Assembly: GCF_009914755.1 (NCBI RefSeq)
Contig: NC_060948.1
Reading direction: 5' to 3' (one strand)
Length of the DNA stretch: 64,000 nt
Source of the DNA: the human T2T-CHM13v2.0 reference genome, Homo sapiens
Shown here: in pieces, positions 14,761 through 30,395 of the stretch
How positions within the stretch are numbered: position 1 is the stretch's first letter
Layout of the letters: every line of letters starts with the position of its first letter
The notes under the pieces: model-generated
Told to the model about the DNA's origin: nothing
The model's input: only the letters and a program-made list of their open reading frames with translations
Databases searched by the model: none
Translations under genes and position numbers: made by a program

Positions 14761-15450
14761 TTAGCTTTCACTTATAAGTGAGAACATGTGGTATTTGGTT
14801 TCCTGTTCTTGAAAATTTTTGGAAGAAAATTGTACATGATGGAATTTTATTTTATTACTAAGAAATTGAATAACTGGCACTTTTTTTCTATTTTATTATT
14901 TGCTTCCTTTCGTTAGTTTTGTTCTTTATACCACATATGCAGTTAAATAAACATTCTTAAAGGTCTACATTTCAAATCTATTCTTTTTTATTTCTGAAAA
15001 AGTTACTTACTGAAGAGGTATTTTTATACACAAAGTTGATTAATAAGTTGAAATAATTGTTCTGGCATTAAAAATCATTACAATATATTTCTTTCGATGA
15101 TTTCTGTGTACTTTCAAGTACCGAACAAAATTCATGAAAGCGCGTGCACACACCCACACACGCACATGCAGATGGTAGTAAAAGCAGTAAAAATGGTAAG
15201 CCCAGGCTTGAAACCACTGTTAGTTATGAGAGTAAGTATATTCTATTACTGTAATTTAACAGGTCTGTATTAACTAACTCCATAATATTCAAATTCTTCA
15301 ATTTCTTTTCTAGATAACCCAGAACATAATGGAAATTTTTCTTATGTAGTAACATGGTGAAAATTACAACATTAGCTGGTTTGTGAACATAAGGAGGTTT
15401 ATGAAATAAAAAAGTCTAGTAAATTTCTGTAGCTAGCAAACACTCTAAAC

Positions 15451-16574
15451 TGTGAAAGAAAATGGAATCTCAGGGCCTCTAATTCACTATGCAAAAGGAA
15501 GTGAAGCTTAGGAACTGAGTCACACAGTATTTGTTTCCTTTTGTTTTCAACTGTATAGCTGTAATTTCAAAACCTTCATCCATAAGCCAGGTTCTCACAA
15601 TGATGGAAGGCCATATATCTCCTTGGATGGCCTCGCTCACAAATTTCTGACAGTGGAATTCCTTGTGAGCCCCTAAGTCTATCAGGATATATATCTCCCC
15701 TATAAAGTAGCCCTAAAACCAAGCTCCATTGAATCTCTCCCCGACAATATTAATAACCAGCTTATCCTCACAGGTACAGGACAAGGACAAGACCAGAAAT
15801 CATCCCTCTGCATATTCTGAGACTAATGCACAGTTAGTTGGCTTTTTCTCTAATTTCTCCTTTCATATTTATTTTATGTAAAATTGAGATTTACCAATTG
15901 GGACAGGGATGCATAACTGACTTTTTCTTCTCTACTCTCTTTTTATATGTAAAATGTAGATTTACTGAGCACTAATTGGAGGCACAAAAGAACGTAACCA
16001 TTTGCAAAGGACACGATGTTGTTTTCTATGGCTGCATAGTATTTTATGGTGCATATGTACCACATTTTCTTTAGATTGAGACTATTATCCTTAGCAAATT
16101 CAGGAGGAACGGAAAAACAAATGCCACATGTTCTCACTTGTAAGTGGGAGCTAAATGATGAGAACATAAGAACACGTAGAGGGGAACAACACACACTGGG
16201 GTCTTTTGGAAGGTGGAGTGTGGGAGGAGGGAGAGGATCATGAAAAATAACTAATGGGTACTAGGCTGAATACCTGGGTGATGAAATAACCTGTAACACA
16301 AACCCCCGTAACATGAGTTTACCTGTGTAACAAACCTGCACATATACCCCTGAAGTTAAAATACAAGTTTTCCCTTACTGCCTACACTCTCTTCCTTTCT
16401 TTCCTCCTGTTTGCTCTTGCCTCTTTAAATATTGAAATTCCCAAAACCCTCTTTGGAAAAAAGCACAGGACACAGACACTCCTGTCCCTTCTGTTTTGCT
16501 GGGCACATCCTGAAACTTCGGGTACATAAAACTCTACCAATTGAGGCACCAGTCTCAGTCACTTTTTGGTTAAT
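15451..16574 (+). mobile_element. ERV1 MER4-group solo LTR (MER4D-like), interrupted by an L1
   Basis: TGTGAAAGAAAATGGAATCT start; CAGCTTATCCTCACAGGTACAGGACAAGGACAAGACCAGAAATCATCCC; CTCTTTGGAAAAAAGCACAGG. Confidence 0.75.
16004..16370 (+). mobile_element. L1PA13-like 3' end with short 5' inversion
   Basis: 16004-16072 antisense L1; 16073-16370 sense 3'UTR (AAAAATAACTAATGGGTACTAGGC...ACAAACCTGCACAT). Confidence 0.88.
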
Positions 16575-16766
16575 AAAATCTAACTGACATTTTCTTCTTC
16601 TTACTGAAATAACACCTGTAAGCCTCCACATTTGGAAATGAAGAACTGTCATTCTAATTTGTGTTCAGAACATGCAAGCTAGAGCTTTTTTAAAAGATTA
16701 ACTTATACTATTATATCATGGAGCATATACAGAGAATATTGTAAACCTTTAATTAAAATATATATA

Positions 16767-17047
16767 TTTTTAGATAGAGTCTTTCTCTGTCCCCCAGGCT
16801 GGAGTGCATTGATACCATCTCGGCTCACTGCAACCTCTGCCTCCTGGGTTCAAGCAATTCTCCTGCCTCAGCCTGAGTAGCTGGGATTACAGGCGTGCAC
16901 CACCACGCTCGGCTAATTTTTGCATTTTTGGTACAGGCGGGGTTTCACCATGCTTGCCAGGCATGTCTCGAACTCCTGACCTCATGATCCATCCACCTCT
17001 GCCTCCCAAAGTGCTGGGATTACAGGCATGAGCCATCACTCCTGGCC
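16767..17047 (-). mobile_element. AluS (Sg-like)
   Basis: Antisense full Alu; TSD TAATTAAAATAT on both sides. Confidence 0.95.
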
Positions 17048-17514
17048 TAATTAAAATATCTTAACAGAAAGTATTAAATATGTTTAAAAACAGAAGCAGA
17101 AAATTCATGAATCAGAGTGTAGAGGATAGGGTCTGTAAATAGTTATGACAAAGCAAGTAGAAAGAATCAACATAATTTTTTTAAAAATTGAAAACATAAA
17201 ATTACCATTACAAACAAAAGTTTTGCCAATAACTAGAAGATTAAAATTCGCTTTTCTAAGCATCATTGTGCCCTGTGTGAGCTAAATACGAAATCTTTCC
17301 ATTTTCAAGAGAGTACTTAGATTCAGAGTTCTGTTGGAACTATTCTTGGCTACGTTGAAATGAATTGACTATCTCATTAGGACCATGCAAACCTAATAAC
17401 AACAATTAAAGTTGAAAGAATGTATCAACTTGTCTTAAGATTCACTTATTTGTTAACTATTCAATGGCCCAGAATGTACATTCTTTTGGGAAACAAATTT
17501 TGTGCTTTTCTTTA

Positions 17515-17700
17515 ATGTGTCAAGCCCTGTGTTTGGAAGTTTACATGCAATATCAGATTCACTTTTCACAATAACCTTGTGAGAGAAGAATTACTACTTC
17601 TATTTCGTATCTGTGTAATTGAGGGGTTAGATAACTCACGATCTTATAGTAAAGGAGAATCCTAGGACTGGCTGGCACTGAATGCTATATACTCTTTTCA
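17515..17700 (-). mobile_element. MIR relic
   Basis: TTTACATGCAATATCAGATTCACTTTTCACAATAACCTTGTGAG...AATTGAGG. Confidence 0.6.
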
Positions 17701-18412
17701 TTAGACTCCTTGTACAGATAGATGCAATGCAGTTAGGATGAAAGTTATTTTGTACTAATCATAAACTTCTAATGGAACAGTAGTTTGGTAAAACCATTTC
17801 TAGCAATTACAAAATGACAATTTTATCAAGAAGTGCAGAATAAGGATTGAAGTGGCAATGTTAAATGAAAACAACAACAAAAAAATCTCTGTTCTTCAAA
17901 TAATACTTGCAAATGACCATTCCCAAGCTCCTAGCACAGTGCATCTGGTGCACAGCGGGCACTCAATACTTATTTTCTTTTCTTCTTTTTCAAATTAGGA
18001 TATAAATTTAAATAGCATTCTGTGCTTTGTAAATCATAACACTTCTTTGAGAATGAAAAAATGTATTCTAATTCACTGATTTCAATAGATCTTAATTTTG
18101 TACACTTACTCTATTCTTTGGGCTCTTTTAAGATTCTGAGCTCTATTATAAAAAATTGTCAAATGACTTGAGACTAGGTGAATGATAAGGTGTAAGAGAG
18201 GGTGTAAGAAGACAAAAGGAAAAGGAAACTGTAATACCGTGATTTCAGGTTTCAGAAATAGAGAATATAATTATAAATTATTCAAACAAAGAAAAAATAC
18301 ATAATTATAAAGTATTCAAGAAATAAAATTTTACAAAACAACATCAAAAAGATATGTATATGTTAAATGTTAAAAACTTTTTAATGATAATCTGTAGTTT
18401 AATAATACATGC

Positions 18413-21400
18413 AGAGGGAGGACAAAATGGCCAGCTAGACACAGCCAGGAAGCACCACTCTCATCAAGAGAGGCCAAGAATTATAGTAAACCTACATAAT
18501 TTAGATACATCTTTAGAGAGAAAATGTTAAGTGGATAGTAATGTGACACAGATGATAAGGCTGAGGAAGGAGGAGGCTAGGAACCATTTGCAGGGTACCA
18601 GAACACTGCGGCTAGCTCCTGGCCCTGAACACCTCCTGGGAAATGTGTGAGCGAAGGAACTGTGGTATCCTGTTTACAAAGGGGCCCACATCTGCCATTA
18701 ATGTTTGAGCTTACAGGGGGATCTGCTTGGAGAGTAGCAGAGGCAGGGCTTCAGTCAGCACAGAGCCAGAGGTCTTTGTCCACTGTGCAGGCTGCAGCAG
18801 AGTGTGGCTATAGCACCTGTCCCCCAGGTTTTCCCATCTCTGTCCAAGAAGCTCTAGCCCCAGCTGACCCTGAACCAGGAGAAAGCAGGGCCAACTTTGC
18901 TGCAGGACTGGGGCATGTCTGCACTGCATATTCTCCTGCTTGCCAGCCTTTCCCAGTGCCCCTGCCTGGCCACCCCACAGGAATGTGTGGATAGTGTGGC
19001 TTCCACTGCCCAGCCTGGGTGCTGTGCTTCACCCAATTATCTTCCCTGTAGCCTGGGAACACTTTGGATTCCCCAGCACACCTGGTACCTGACTCTGTTG
19101 GTACAGAGGATAGAGCTGAGAGCCAGTCCTGGCACCCTAGGGTTGCAGTGAGCAGCTCAGGAGAGCTGAGCCAAGATCTGTGGCTGGCACTTGAATGGGA
19201 GAGGAGCCCACACTCACAGAGCACTGAGAGGGTGAGATGCATGTGTTCATGGACTGGAGCAGGAGTGGGGCATGCCTCCCTCTGCAGGGTCACCCCAGAA
19301 AGGATGTGGCCAATCTCCCTGTCATGACCTCTGCCCAGGGAGCCTTGCAGCCCAGAACCAAACAAAAAAAAATGTGGAGGCAGTGTCAGCAACAGTATGG
19401 GGCACCCTCAAGGCCCAGGAGCAGGCTTGATGAAGGAGTCACCTTTCCCCACTGCACCACAGAGCATGTCTTGCAAATGCAATGAATATCAAGAAGCTAT
19501 GCAGCTAAGTTTATATAGTGCCCATTACTCTTAAGTGCCATCTGCTGGACCACAGCCCAAACTACAAAACCAAAATATTATGCTAATCACTGCCCTGTGA
19601 AACCTAGAACAAGAATTCTGCCAAAAATCAAGACCCTGTACAGATTCTTGGCCCTCCAAAAAATCCAAAAATGAAGCCAACTTACTATAGACAATTTACA
19701 CCACACTTGAAAGAACACTAACCCTTCCACATGAGAGTCAGTGCAAGAACTCTCACAATTTAAATAGCCAAAGTGTTCTCTTACCTGCAAACAAGTCCAC
19801 TAGTTCCACAGCAATGGTTCATAACCAGTTCGAAATAACTGAAATGATAGACATATAATTCAGAATCTTGATTGCAAAAAAGCTCAACAAGATTCAGGAA
19901 GAAGTTGAAACCCAATCCAAGAAATTCAGTAAAATCATACAAGAGCTGAAAGATGAAATAGCCATTTTAAGAAAGAACCAAACTAAACTGCTAGAGCTGA
20001 AATTCACTACAAGGATTTTATAACACAATCAGAAGTATTAACAGCAGAATAAATGAGGCTGAGGAAAGAATCTGAAAGCTTGAAGCATGGTTCTTTTAAT
20101 TAATTAAATTTTTAAAAAAGAATTGTAAAAGATGAACAAAACTTTTGAGAAATATGGGATTATTTAAAGAGACAAAATCTGACTCATTGATATTCCTAAG
20201 AAAGAAGGAGAGAGAATAAGTAAATTGGAAATTATACTTGAGGATATAGTTCACAAAATTGTTTCTAATTTCACTAGAGAGATTGACATGCAAATTCAAG
20301 AAACACAGAGAACCCAAGCTAGATACTAACCATAACACTATCCTCAAGGCACATAGTCATCAGATTCACCAAGGTCAATACACACATAAAAATCTTACAG
20401 TCAGCTAGAAATAAGGGTCAAGTCACATACAGAGGGAACCCCATAAGGCAAGCAGCAGACCTTCCATAAAAAAATCTTAAAAACTAAGAGACATTGTGGG
20501 ACTATTTTCAGCATCCTTAAAGAAGATAAATTGCAACCAAGAATTTCATTTCCCACAAAAATGAGCTTCATAAGTGAAGGAGAAATGTAATCCTTCTCAG
20601 ACAAGCAAACACTGAGGGAATTATTTCAACTAGACAAGCCTTACAAGAGGTCCTGAGGAAATGCTATATATGGAATTGAAATAACAACACCCACTACCAC
20701 AAAAACACACTTAAGGGTATAGCCCATAGTCACTCTAAAGCAACTACACAGTCAAGTCTACACAACAAGCAACTAAGAGCACAATGACAGAATCAAAATT
20801 ACACATCAATGCTAACCATGAATGTAAATGGACTAAACACCCCACTTAAAAGACACAAAGTGGCAAGCTGGATAAAAAGACAAGGCTCAACCATCTTTTG
20901 CCTTCAAGAGACCCATCTCACATGTTATAGCACACACAGCCTCAATGTAAAGGGATGGAAGAAAGATCTACTATACAAATGGAAAATAAGAGCAAGAGTA
21001 ATTATTTTTATATCAGATAAAATACTTCAAGCCAATAAAATTAAGAACAGAAAAGGGCATTACAAAATGATAAAGGGCGAAATCAAACAGAAGACTTAAG
21101 TATCCTAAATATATACACATCCAAGTGAAAAGACTTAGACAACCACACAATAATAGTGGGAGACTTCAACACCCCACTAACAGGATTTGAGAGACCATTG
21201 AGGTAGAAAATTCACAAAGAAACTTGGGGCTTAAACTTGATCCTGACCAACTGGACATAATAGACATCACCAGAACACTCCATCTGACAGCCACAGAAAA
21301 TATCTTCTTCTTATCTGCACATGGACCATATTGTAAAAGAAACTACATGCATAGTCATAAAGCAAGTCTCTATAAATTCAAAAACTTAAAATCATATCAA

Positions 21401-24400
21401 GCCCACCTGCAGAGCACAGTACAATAAAAATAAAAATTCATATAAAGAAGTTATCTCAAAACCACACAAATACATGGAAACTAAACAACTTGCTCCAGAA
21501 TAACTCCTGGGTAAACATGAAATTTAAGGTAAAAATAAAAAAAATTCTTTGAAATTAATGAAAATAGGAACAAAATGTGCCAAAACCTCTGGGATGCAGC
21601 TAAAGCAGTGTTTAGAGGAAACTTTATAATGCTAAACACCAGCATCAAGAAGTTATAAATATCTCAAATTTACAGTCTAACATTTCACATAAAGGAACCA
21701 GAAAAAAAACCCCAAAGCTAGAATATGAAAGGAATAATTAAAATTAGAGAAGTTAATGAAATTGAGATGCAAAAATTCATAAAAAGATCAACCAAATGAA
21801 GAGCAGTTTCTTTAAAAATAATAAACAAAATTGATAGACTGCTAGTTAGACTAACAAAAAAATCAAAACAGAATATCCAAATAAGTACAATCAGAAAAGA
21901 CAAAGATAACATTACACATGATCCCAGAGAAACACAATGACTCCTCAAAGACAATAATAAACAACATTGTATATACAAATTAGAAAGTCTAGAGGAAATG
22001 AAATTCCTGAAAATACACAATCTCCAAATATTGAAGCAAGAAGAGATTGAAACCTTGAATAGACCAATATTGATCTCTGAAATTAAACCAGTAATAAAAA
22101 ATCTAGCAACCAATAAAACCCCTGGACCAGATGTATTCACAGCAGAATTCTACCAGACATACAAAGAACTGGTATGAATTCTACTGACACTACTCCAAAA
22201 AACAAACAAACAAACAAACAAAATCACAGAGGAGATGCTACTTCCTATCTTATTTTGTATGAAGCTAGCATCAGACAGATACCAAAATCTTGCAGAGACA
22301 CAACAACAAAAAAATTACAGGCCAGTATCAATTACAAAGACAGATATTAAAGTCCTCCACAAAATACTAGAAAACCAAATCTAGCAGTATATTAAAAAGT
22401 TAATTCACCACAATCAAGTAAGCTTTATTCCTGGGATGCAAAGCTGGTTCAACATACACAAATCAATAAATGTGATTTGCTATATAAATAGAATTAAAAA
22501 GAAAAACTATATGATTATCTAAATGGGTTCTGAAAAAGCTTTTTATAAAATCCAACATCCCTTCATGAAGAAAACCCTCAACCAACTAGGCATCAAAGCA
22601 ACATACCAGAAAAGAAGTACCATCTATGACAAATCTACAGCCAACATCATACTGAATGGGCAAAAGCTCAAACCATTTCCCTTGAGAACTGGAAAAAGAC
22701 AAGGATACTCACTCTCATCACTCCTACCCAACATAGTTCAGGAAGTCCTAGCCAGAGCAATCAGGCAAGAGAAAGAAATAAAAAGCATCAAAATATGAAA
22801 GAAAGAAGTAAAACTACCTGTCCTCACTGATAATATGATTCTATATGTAGTCCTAAAGATTCTGCCAGAAGGCTCCTAGAAATGATAAGTGACTTTAGTG
22901 AAGTTTCAGGATACAAAATCATGTATAAAAATTAATAGCATTTCTATACATCACCAACATCCAAGCTGAAAACCAAAGCAAGAACAGAATCCCATTCACA
23001 GTAGCCCCCTATCATACACACACACACACATAAACACCTAGGGTTACAGCTAACCAGGAAGGAGAAAGATATCTACAGGGAGAATTACAAAACCCTGGTT
23101 AAAGACATCAGAGATGATACTAATGAATGGAAAATAATTTGATGCACATGAATTGGAAGAATCAATATTACCGAAGTGGTCATACTGCCCAAAGCAATTT
23201 TCAGATTCTATGCTATTCATATGAAACTCTCAAAGTCATTCTTCAGAGAATTAGAAAACATATTCTAAATTCACATGGAACAAAAAAAACCCCAGTAACC
23301 AAACAATCCTAAGCAAAAATAACAAAGCCAGAGACATCACACTACTAACTCCAAATTGTATTATGGGGTTACAGTAACCAAAACAGCAAGATACTGGGAC
23401 AAAAAGAGACACATAGACCAATGGAACAGAATAGAACACTCAGAAGTAAAGCTTCACACTCAAAATCACCTGATTTTCAACAAGACCAATAGAAACAGGC
23501 AATGGGAATGGACTCCCTATTCAATAAGTAATCTTGGATAACTGCCAGCCACATGCAGAACAATACAATCAGAATCCTACTTTTTACCATATAGAAAAAT
23601 TAACTCAGGATGAAGTAAATATTTAAATGTAAAACCTCAAACTATCAAAATCCTAGAAGAAAACCTAGGAAATACCCTTCCTGACATCAACTTTGGCAAA
23701 TGATTTTTGGCTAAGTCCCCAAAATCAACTTCGACAAAAACAAAAATAGACAAGTGGGACCTAATTTAATGAAAGAGCTTCTTCATAGCAAAAGAAATAA
23801 TCAACTGAGTAAACAGGCAACCTAAAGAATGAGAGAAATTATTCACAATCTATGCATATGACAAAGGTTTAATATCCAGAGTTTATAAGAAACTTAAACA
23901 AATCAACAAGCAAAAAATAATAATAATAAGCTCATTTAAAAAATGGGCATAGTATATTAACACTTCTCAAAAGAAGACATAGAAGTGGTGAAAAGCAATT
24001 GCAACAAAAGCAAAAATTAACAAGTAGGATCTCATTAAACTAAAGAGCTTCTGCAGAGCAAAGAAAACTATCAACAGAGTGAACAGACAATCTAGAGAAC
24101 GGAAGAAAATTTTTTCAAACTATGCATCTGAGAAGGGTCTAATATCCAGCATCTTTAAGGAACTTAAACAAATTTACAAGAAAAAACAACCCCAATAAAA
24201 AGTGAACAAAGGATATTAACAGAAACTTTTCAAAAGAAGATATACATGCAGCCAACAATCATATGAAAAAAAGAGCTCAACATTACTGATCATTAGAGAA
24301 ATGCAAATTAAAACCACAGTGAGACATCACCTCACACCAGTCAGAATGGCCATTACTAAAATGTCAAAAAATAACAGATGCTGGTAACGTTGTGGAGAAA

Positions 24401-25447
24401 AAGGAACACTTATATACTGTTGGCAGGAGTATAAATTAGTTCAACCATTGTGGAAGACAGTGTGGTGGTTCCTCAATGACCTGAAAACAGAAACACCATT
24501 TGACCCCGCAATCCCATTCCTGGGTATGTACCCAAAGGAATATAAATCATTCTATTGTAAAGACACATGCAAGCATATGTTCATTGCAACATCATTTGTA
24601 ATAGCAAATATATGGAATTAAGCTGAATGTCCATTAATGGTAGACAGGATAAAGAAAATGTGGTAGATATACACCATGGGATACTATGCAGCTATATATA
24701 TATATATATACTCATCAGAAGAAATGCAAATCAAAACCACAATGAGATACCATCTCACACCAGTCAGTATGGCTATTATTAAAAGGTCAAAAAGCAACAG
24801 ATGCCGGTGAGACTGCAGAGGAAAGAAACACTTAGATACTGTTGGGGAGAATGTAAACTAGTTCATCCCTTGTGTAAATCAGTTTGGAGTTTCTCAAAGA
24901 ACTTAAAATGGAGCTCTTATTTATCCTAGCAATTTAATTGCTGAGTATATAAACAAAGGAAAAAAATCATTCTACAAAAAGGACATGCACACGTATGTTT
25001 ATTACCATGCTATTCACAATAGCTAAGACAAGGAATCAACCTAGGTACTAATCAGTGGTGGATTGAATAAAGAAAATATGACGCCTATACATGGTGAAAC
25101 ACTATGCAGCCACAAAAAAGAACAAAATCATGTTCTCTGCAGCAATATGAATGCAGCCGGAGGCCATTATTCTAAGCTATTTAATGCAATAATGGAAAAC
25201 CAAATGCCCCATGTTCTCACTTACAAGTTGGAGCTAATCATTGAGCACACATGGACATAAACATGGGAATAATAGACACTTTGGACTTCTAGAGAGGGGA
25301 GGGAGGGATGTGTGGCTGCAGATCTATCTATTGGGTATGTTTTTCACTACCTGGATGACAAGATACATACCCCAAAACTTAGCATCATGCAATATACCTA
25401 TGTAACAAACCAGCACACCTATCCCTTGTATATAAAATAGAAGATGA
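18413..25447 (+). mobile_element. Near full-length old L1 (L1PA16/17-like); ORF1 and ORF2 disrupted
   Basis: GC-rich 5'UTR from CAAAATGGCCAGCTAGAC; ORF1 debris about 19730-20680; ORF2 EN debris (MNVNGLNTPLKRHKVASWIK...CLQETHL); 3'UTR ending TATAAAATAGAAGATGAA. Confidence 0.9.
23991..24692 (+). mobile_element. Extra L1PA ORF2 3' segment nested in the host L1
   Basis: Sequence jumps back to AAAGCAATTGCAACAAAAGC and re-reads the ORF2 end, stops at ATACTATGCAGC plus (TA)n, then the host resumes. Confidence 0.8.
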
Positions 25448-26400
25448 AGCACTGCTATACACCAACAATAACCAAGCTGAGAATCAGACCAATAACTCAA
25501 TCCCTTTAACAACAGCTCAAAAAAACAAATACTCAGGAAAGTACTTAACCAAGCAGGTGAAACATCTCTATAGGAAAACTACAAAACATTGCTGTAAGAA
25601 ATTATATATGACACAAATAAATGGAAACGCCTCTCATGCTCATGGATAGGTAGAATCAATACCATGAAAATGATCACACTGCCCAAAGCAGTCTACAGAT
25701 TCAATGTAATTCTCATCAAAACATCATCATTATCATTCACAGAATTAGAAAAAAATCCTAAAATTCATATGGAACCAAAAAGACCCCACATATCACAAGT
25801 GAGACTAAGCAAAAAGAACAAATCTGGAGGCATCACATTATCCAACTTCAAATTATACTACAAGGATATAGTTACCCAAATAGCATGGTACTGATATAAA
25901 AATAGGCATGTAGACCAATGGAACAGAATAGAGAACTCAGAAATAAAGCCAAATACTTGCAGCCAACTAACCTTCGCTAAAGCATACAAAAACAAAAATT
26001 GAGTAAAGGACACCTTATTCAATAAATGGTGTTGGGAAAACTAGCAAGCCACATGTAGAAGGATGAAACCAGATGCTCATCTCTCACTTTATACAAAGAT
26101 CAACTCAAGATGGATCAAAGACTTAAATCTAAGACTTGAAACCATAAAAATTATAGAAGATAACATCAAAAAAACTCTTCTAGACATTGGCTTAGGCAAG
26201 GAATTCATGAGTAAGACCCCAAAAGCAAATACAACAAAAACAAAAATAAATAGATGGTACCTAATTAAATTAAAAAGCTTCTGCACAGCAAAATAAAGAA
26301 TCAGCAAACAGACAACCTACAGAGTAGGAGAAAATATTAGCTAACTATCCATTCAACAAAGACTAATATCTAGAATCTACAAGGAACACAAACAAATCAC
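25448..26400 (+). mobile_element. L1PB-like ORF2 fragment
   Basis: ORFs 25664-25894 and 26063-26296 are L1 ORF2 C-terminal homologs; both ends abrupt. Confidence 0.85.
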
Positions 26401-27676
26401 AAAACACAATCAGAAATGACAAAGAGGACACTATACCAGTCTCCACGGAAATACAAAAGAAAAAACCCTCAGAGACTATTACAAACACCTCTACACACAG
26501 AAACTAAAAAACCTAGAAGAAATGGATCAATTCCTGGAAACATATGACCCCCCAAGATTGAACCAGAAAGAAATTGAAACACTGAACAGACAAATAATGA
26601 ATTTTGAAATTCAATAAGTAATAAAAAATCCTACAAACCAGGGAAAGTCCTGGACCAGACAGATTCACAACCTAACTCTACCAAACGTATAAAGACCTGG
26701 GACAATTCCAACTGAAAATGTTACAAAAAAATGAGGAGGAGAGATTCTTCCCTAATTTATTCTATGAGGCCAGGATCTTCCTGATACAAAAACTTGACAG
26801 AGACACAACAAAAATAATTTCAGGCCAATATCCTTGATGAACATAGATTCCAAAAATCCTCAACAAAATACTAGCAAACCAAATTCAGCAGCACATCTAA
26901 AAGTAAATCGACCATGATCAATAGGCACTATCCCTGGAATTCAAGGTTGGTTCAACATACACAAATCAATAAATGTCATTCCTCACATAAACAGAACTAA
27001 AAACAAAAGCCATGTGATCAACTCAATGCATGCAGAAAAGGCTTTCTATAACATTCAACATCTTTTTTTCATATTAAAAACACTCAACAAACTAGGCACT
27101 GAAAGAATATACCTGAAAATAATAAGAGCCATCTATACAATATCCACAGTCAACACCATACTGAATGGGCAAAAGTTCAATTCCCCTTGAGAACTAGAAA
27201 AAGACAAGGATGCGCACTCTCAACCATTCCTATTCAACATAGTACTAGAAGTCTTAGCCAGAGCAATCAGACAAGAGAAATAAATTAAAGGCATCCAATT
27301 AGGAAGAGAGGAAGTCAAACTATCTCTATTTGCATCCAATATGATTTTATATCCAGAAAACGCCAGAGTCTCTGCAAGTATCCTAGATCTGGTAGACAAT
27401 TTCAGTAAGGTTTTAAGATACAAAATCATCGTACAAAAATCACTAACATTTTTACACACCAACAACATCCAGGCTGAGTGCCAAATCAAGAACACCATCT
27501 CATTCACAATGGCCATATTAAAAAAGATCTAGGAATACAACTAAATAGGGATCTGAAGGATCTCTACAATGAGAATTATAAAACACTGAAAGAAAGAAAT
27601 CAGAGATGATACAAACAAATGAAAAAACATTCCATGCTCATGAATAGGAAGGATATATATTGTTAAAAGTCATCAT

Positions 27677-28001
<325 letters not shown>

Positions 28002-29172
28002 TTACAGATCTAATATTATTCCTATCAAACTACTAACATCATATTTCACAGAACTAGAAAAACTATTCTAAAATTCTATGGAACCAAAAAGTAGCCCAAA
28101 GTGTTAAAGCAATCCTAAGAAAAAAATAAAAATGCTGGAGGCAGTACATTACCCAACTTCACACCATACTATAAGACTACGGTAGCAAAAATAACAAGGT
28201 AATGGTACAAAAACAGAAACATACATCAACAGAACAGGTAAGAGAACTGAGAAATAAAGCTGCATACCTACATGCATCTGATCTTTGACAAAACTGACAA
28301 AAATAAGCAATGGGAAAAGGGTTTCCTATTCAATAAATGATGCTGGGACAACTGACCAGCAATATGCAGAAAATTAAAACTGGACCCCTTCCTTAGACCA
28401 TATACAAAAAATCAACTCAAGATGGATTAAAGACTTAAATGTAAAACCTCAAACTATAAAAGCCTAGAAGAAAACCTAAGAAACACAACTCTGGACATAG
28501 GCCCTGGCAAAGATTTCATGACAAATATGCCAAAAGCAATTGCAACAAAAACAAAAATTGACAAATGGGATCTAATTAAACAAAAGAGCTTCTGCACAGC
28601 AAAATAAACTATGAACAGAGTAAACAGACAACCTACAGAATGGGAGAAAATACTTGCAAACTATTCTTCTGACAAAGGTTTAATATCCAGAATCTATAAG
28701 GAACCTAAATGAACAAGCAAAAGACAAATAGGCCCATTAAAAAGTGGACAAAAGACATAAATAGACACTTTTCAAAAGAAGACATAGATGCAGCCAGCAA
28801 GCACTTGAAAAATGCTGAACATAACTAATCATTAGAGAAATGTAAATCAAAACCACAAGGAGATGCCATCTCACATCAGTCAGAATGGCTACTATTGAAA
28901 CATTAAGAAACAACAGATGCTGCCAAGATTTTGGAGAAAATGGAATGCTTACACACTGTTTTTTTTATTATTATACTTTAAGTTTTAGGGTACATGTGTA
29001 CAACATGCAGGTTTGTTACATATGTATACATGTGCCATGTTGGTGTGCTGCACCCATTAGCTCATCATTTACATTAGGTATATCTCCTAATGCTATCCCT
29101 CCCCCTTCCCCCAACCCCACACAGGCCGCGGTTTGTGATGTTCCCCTTCCTGTGTCCATGTGTTCTCATTCT

Positions 29173-30191
<1,019 letters not shown>

Positions 30192-30395
30192 TCACCAATA
30201 TCCGCTGTTCTTCAGCCTCCGCTGCTGATGCCAGGCAAACAGGGTCTGGAGTGGACCTCCAGCAAACTCCAACAGACCTGCAGCTGAGGGTCCTGACTGT
30301 TAGAAGGAAAACTAACAAACAGAAGGGACATCCTCACCAAAACCCTATCTGCACATCACCATCATCAAAGACCAAAGGTAGATAAAACCACAAAG

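Noticed and set aside
18647-19485. Cluster of overlapping ORFs up to 194 aa in GC-rich DNA
   Set aside because: Lies in the L1 5'UTR; GC-rich DNA has few stops; CpG-depleted, so not a CpG-island promoter
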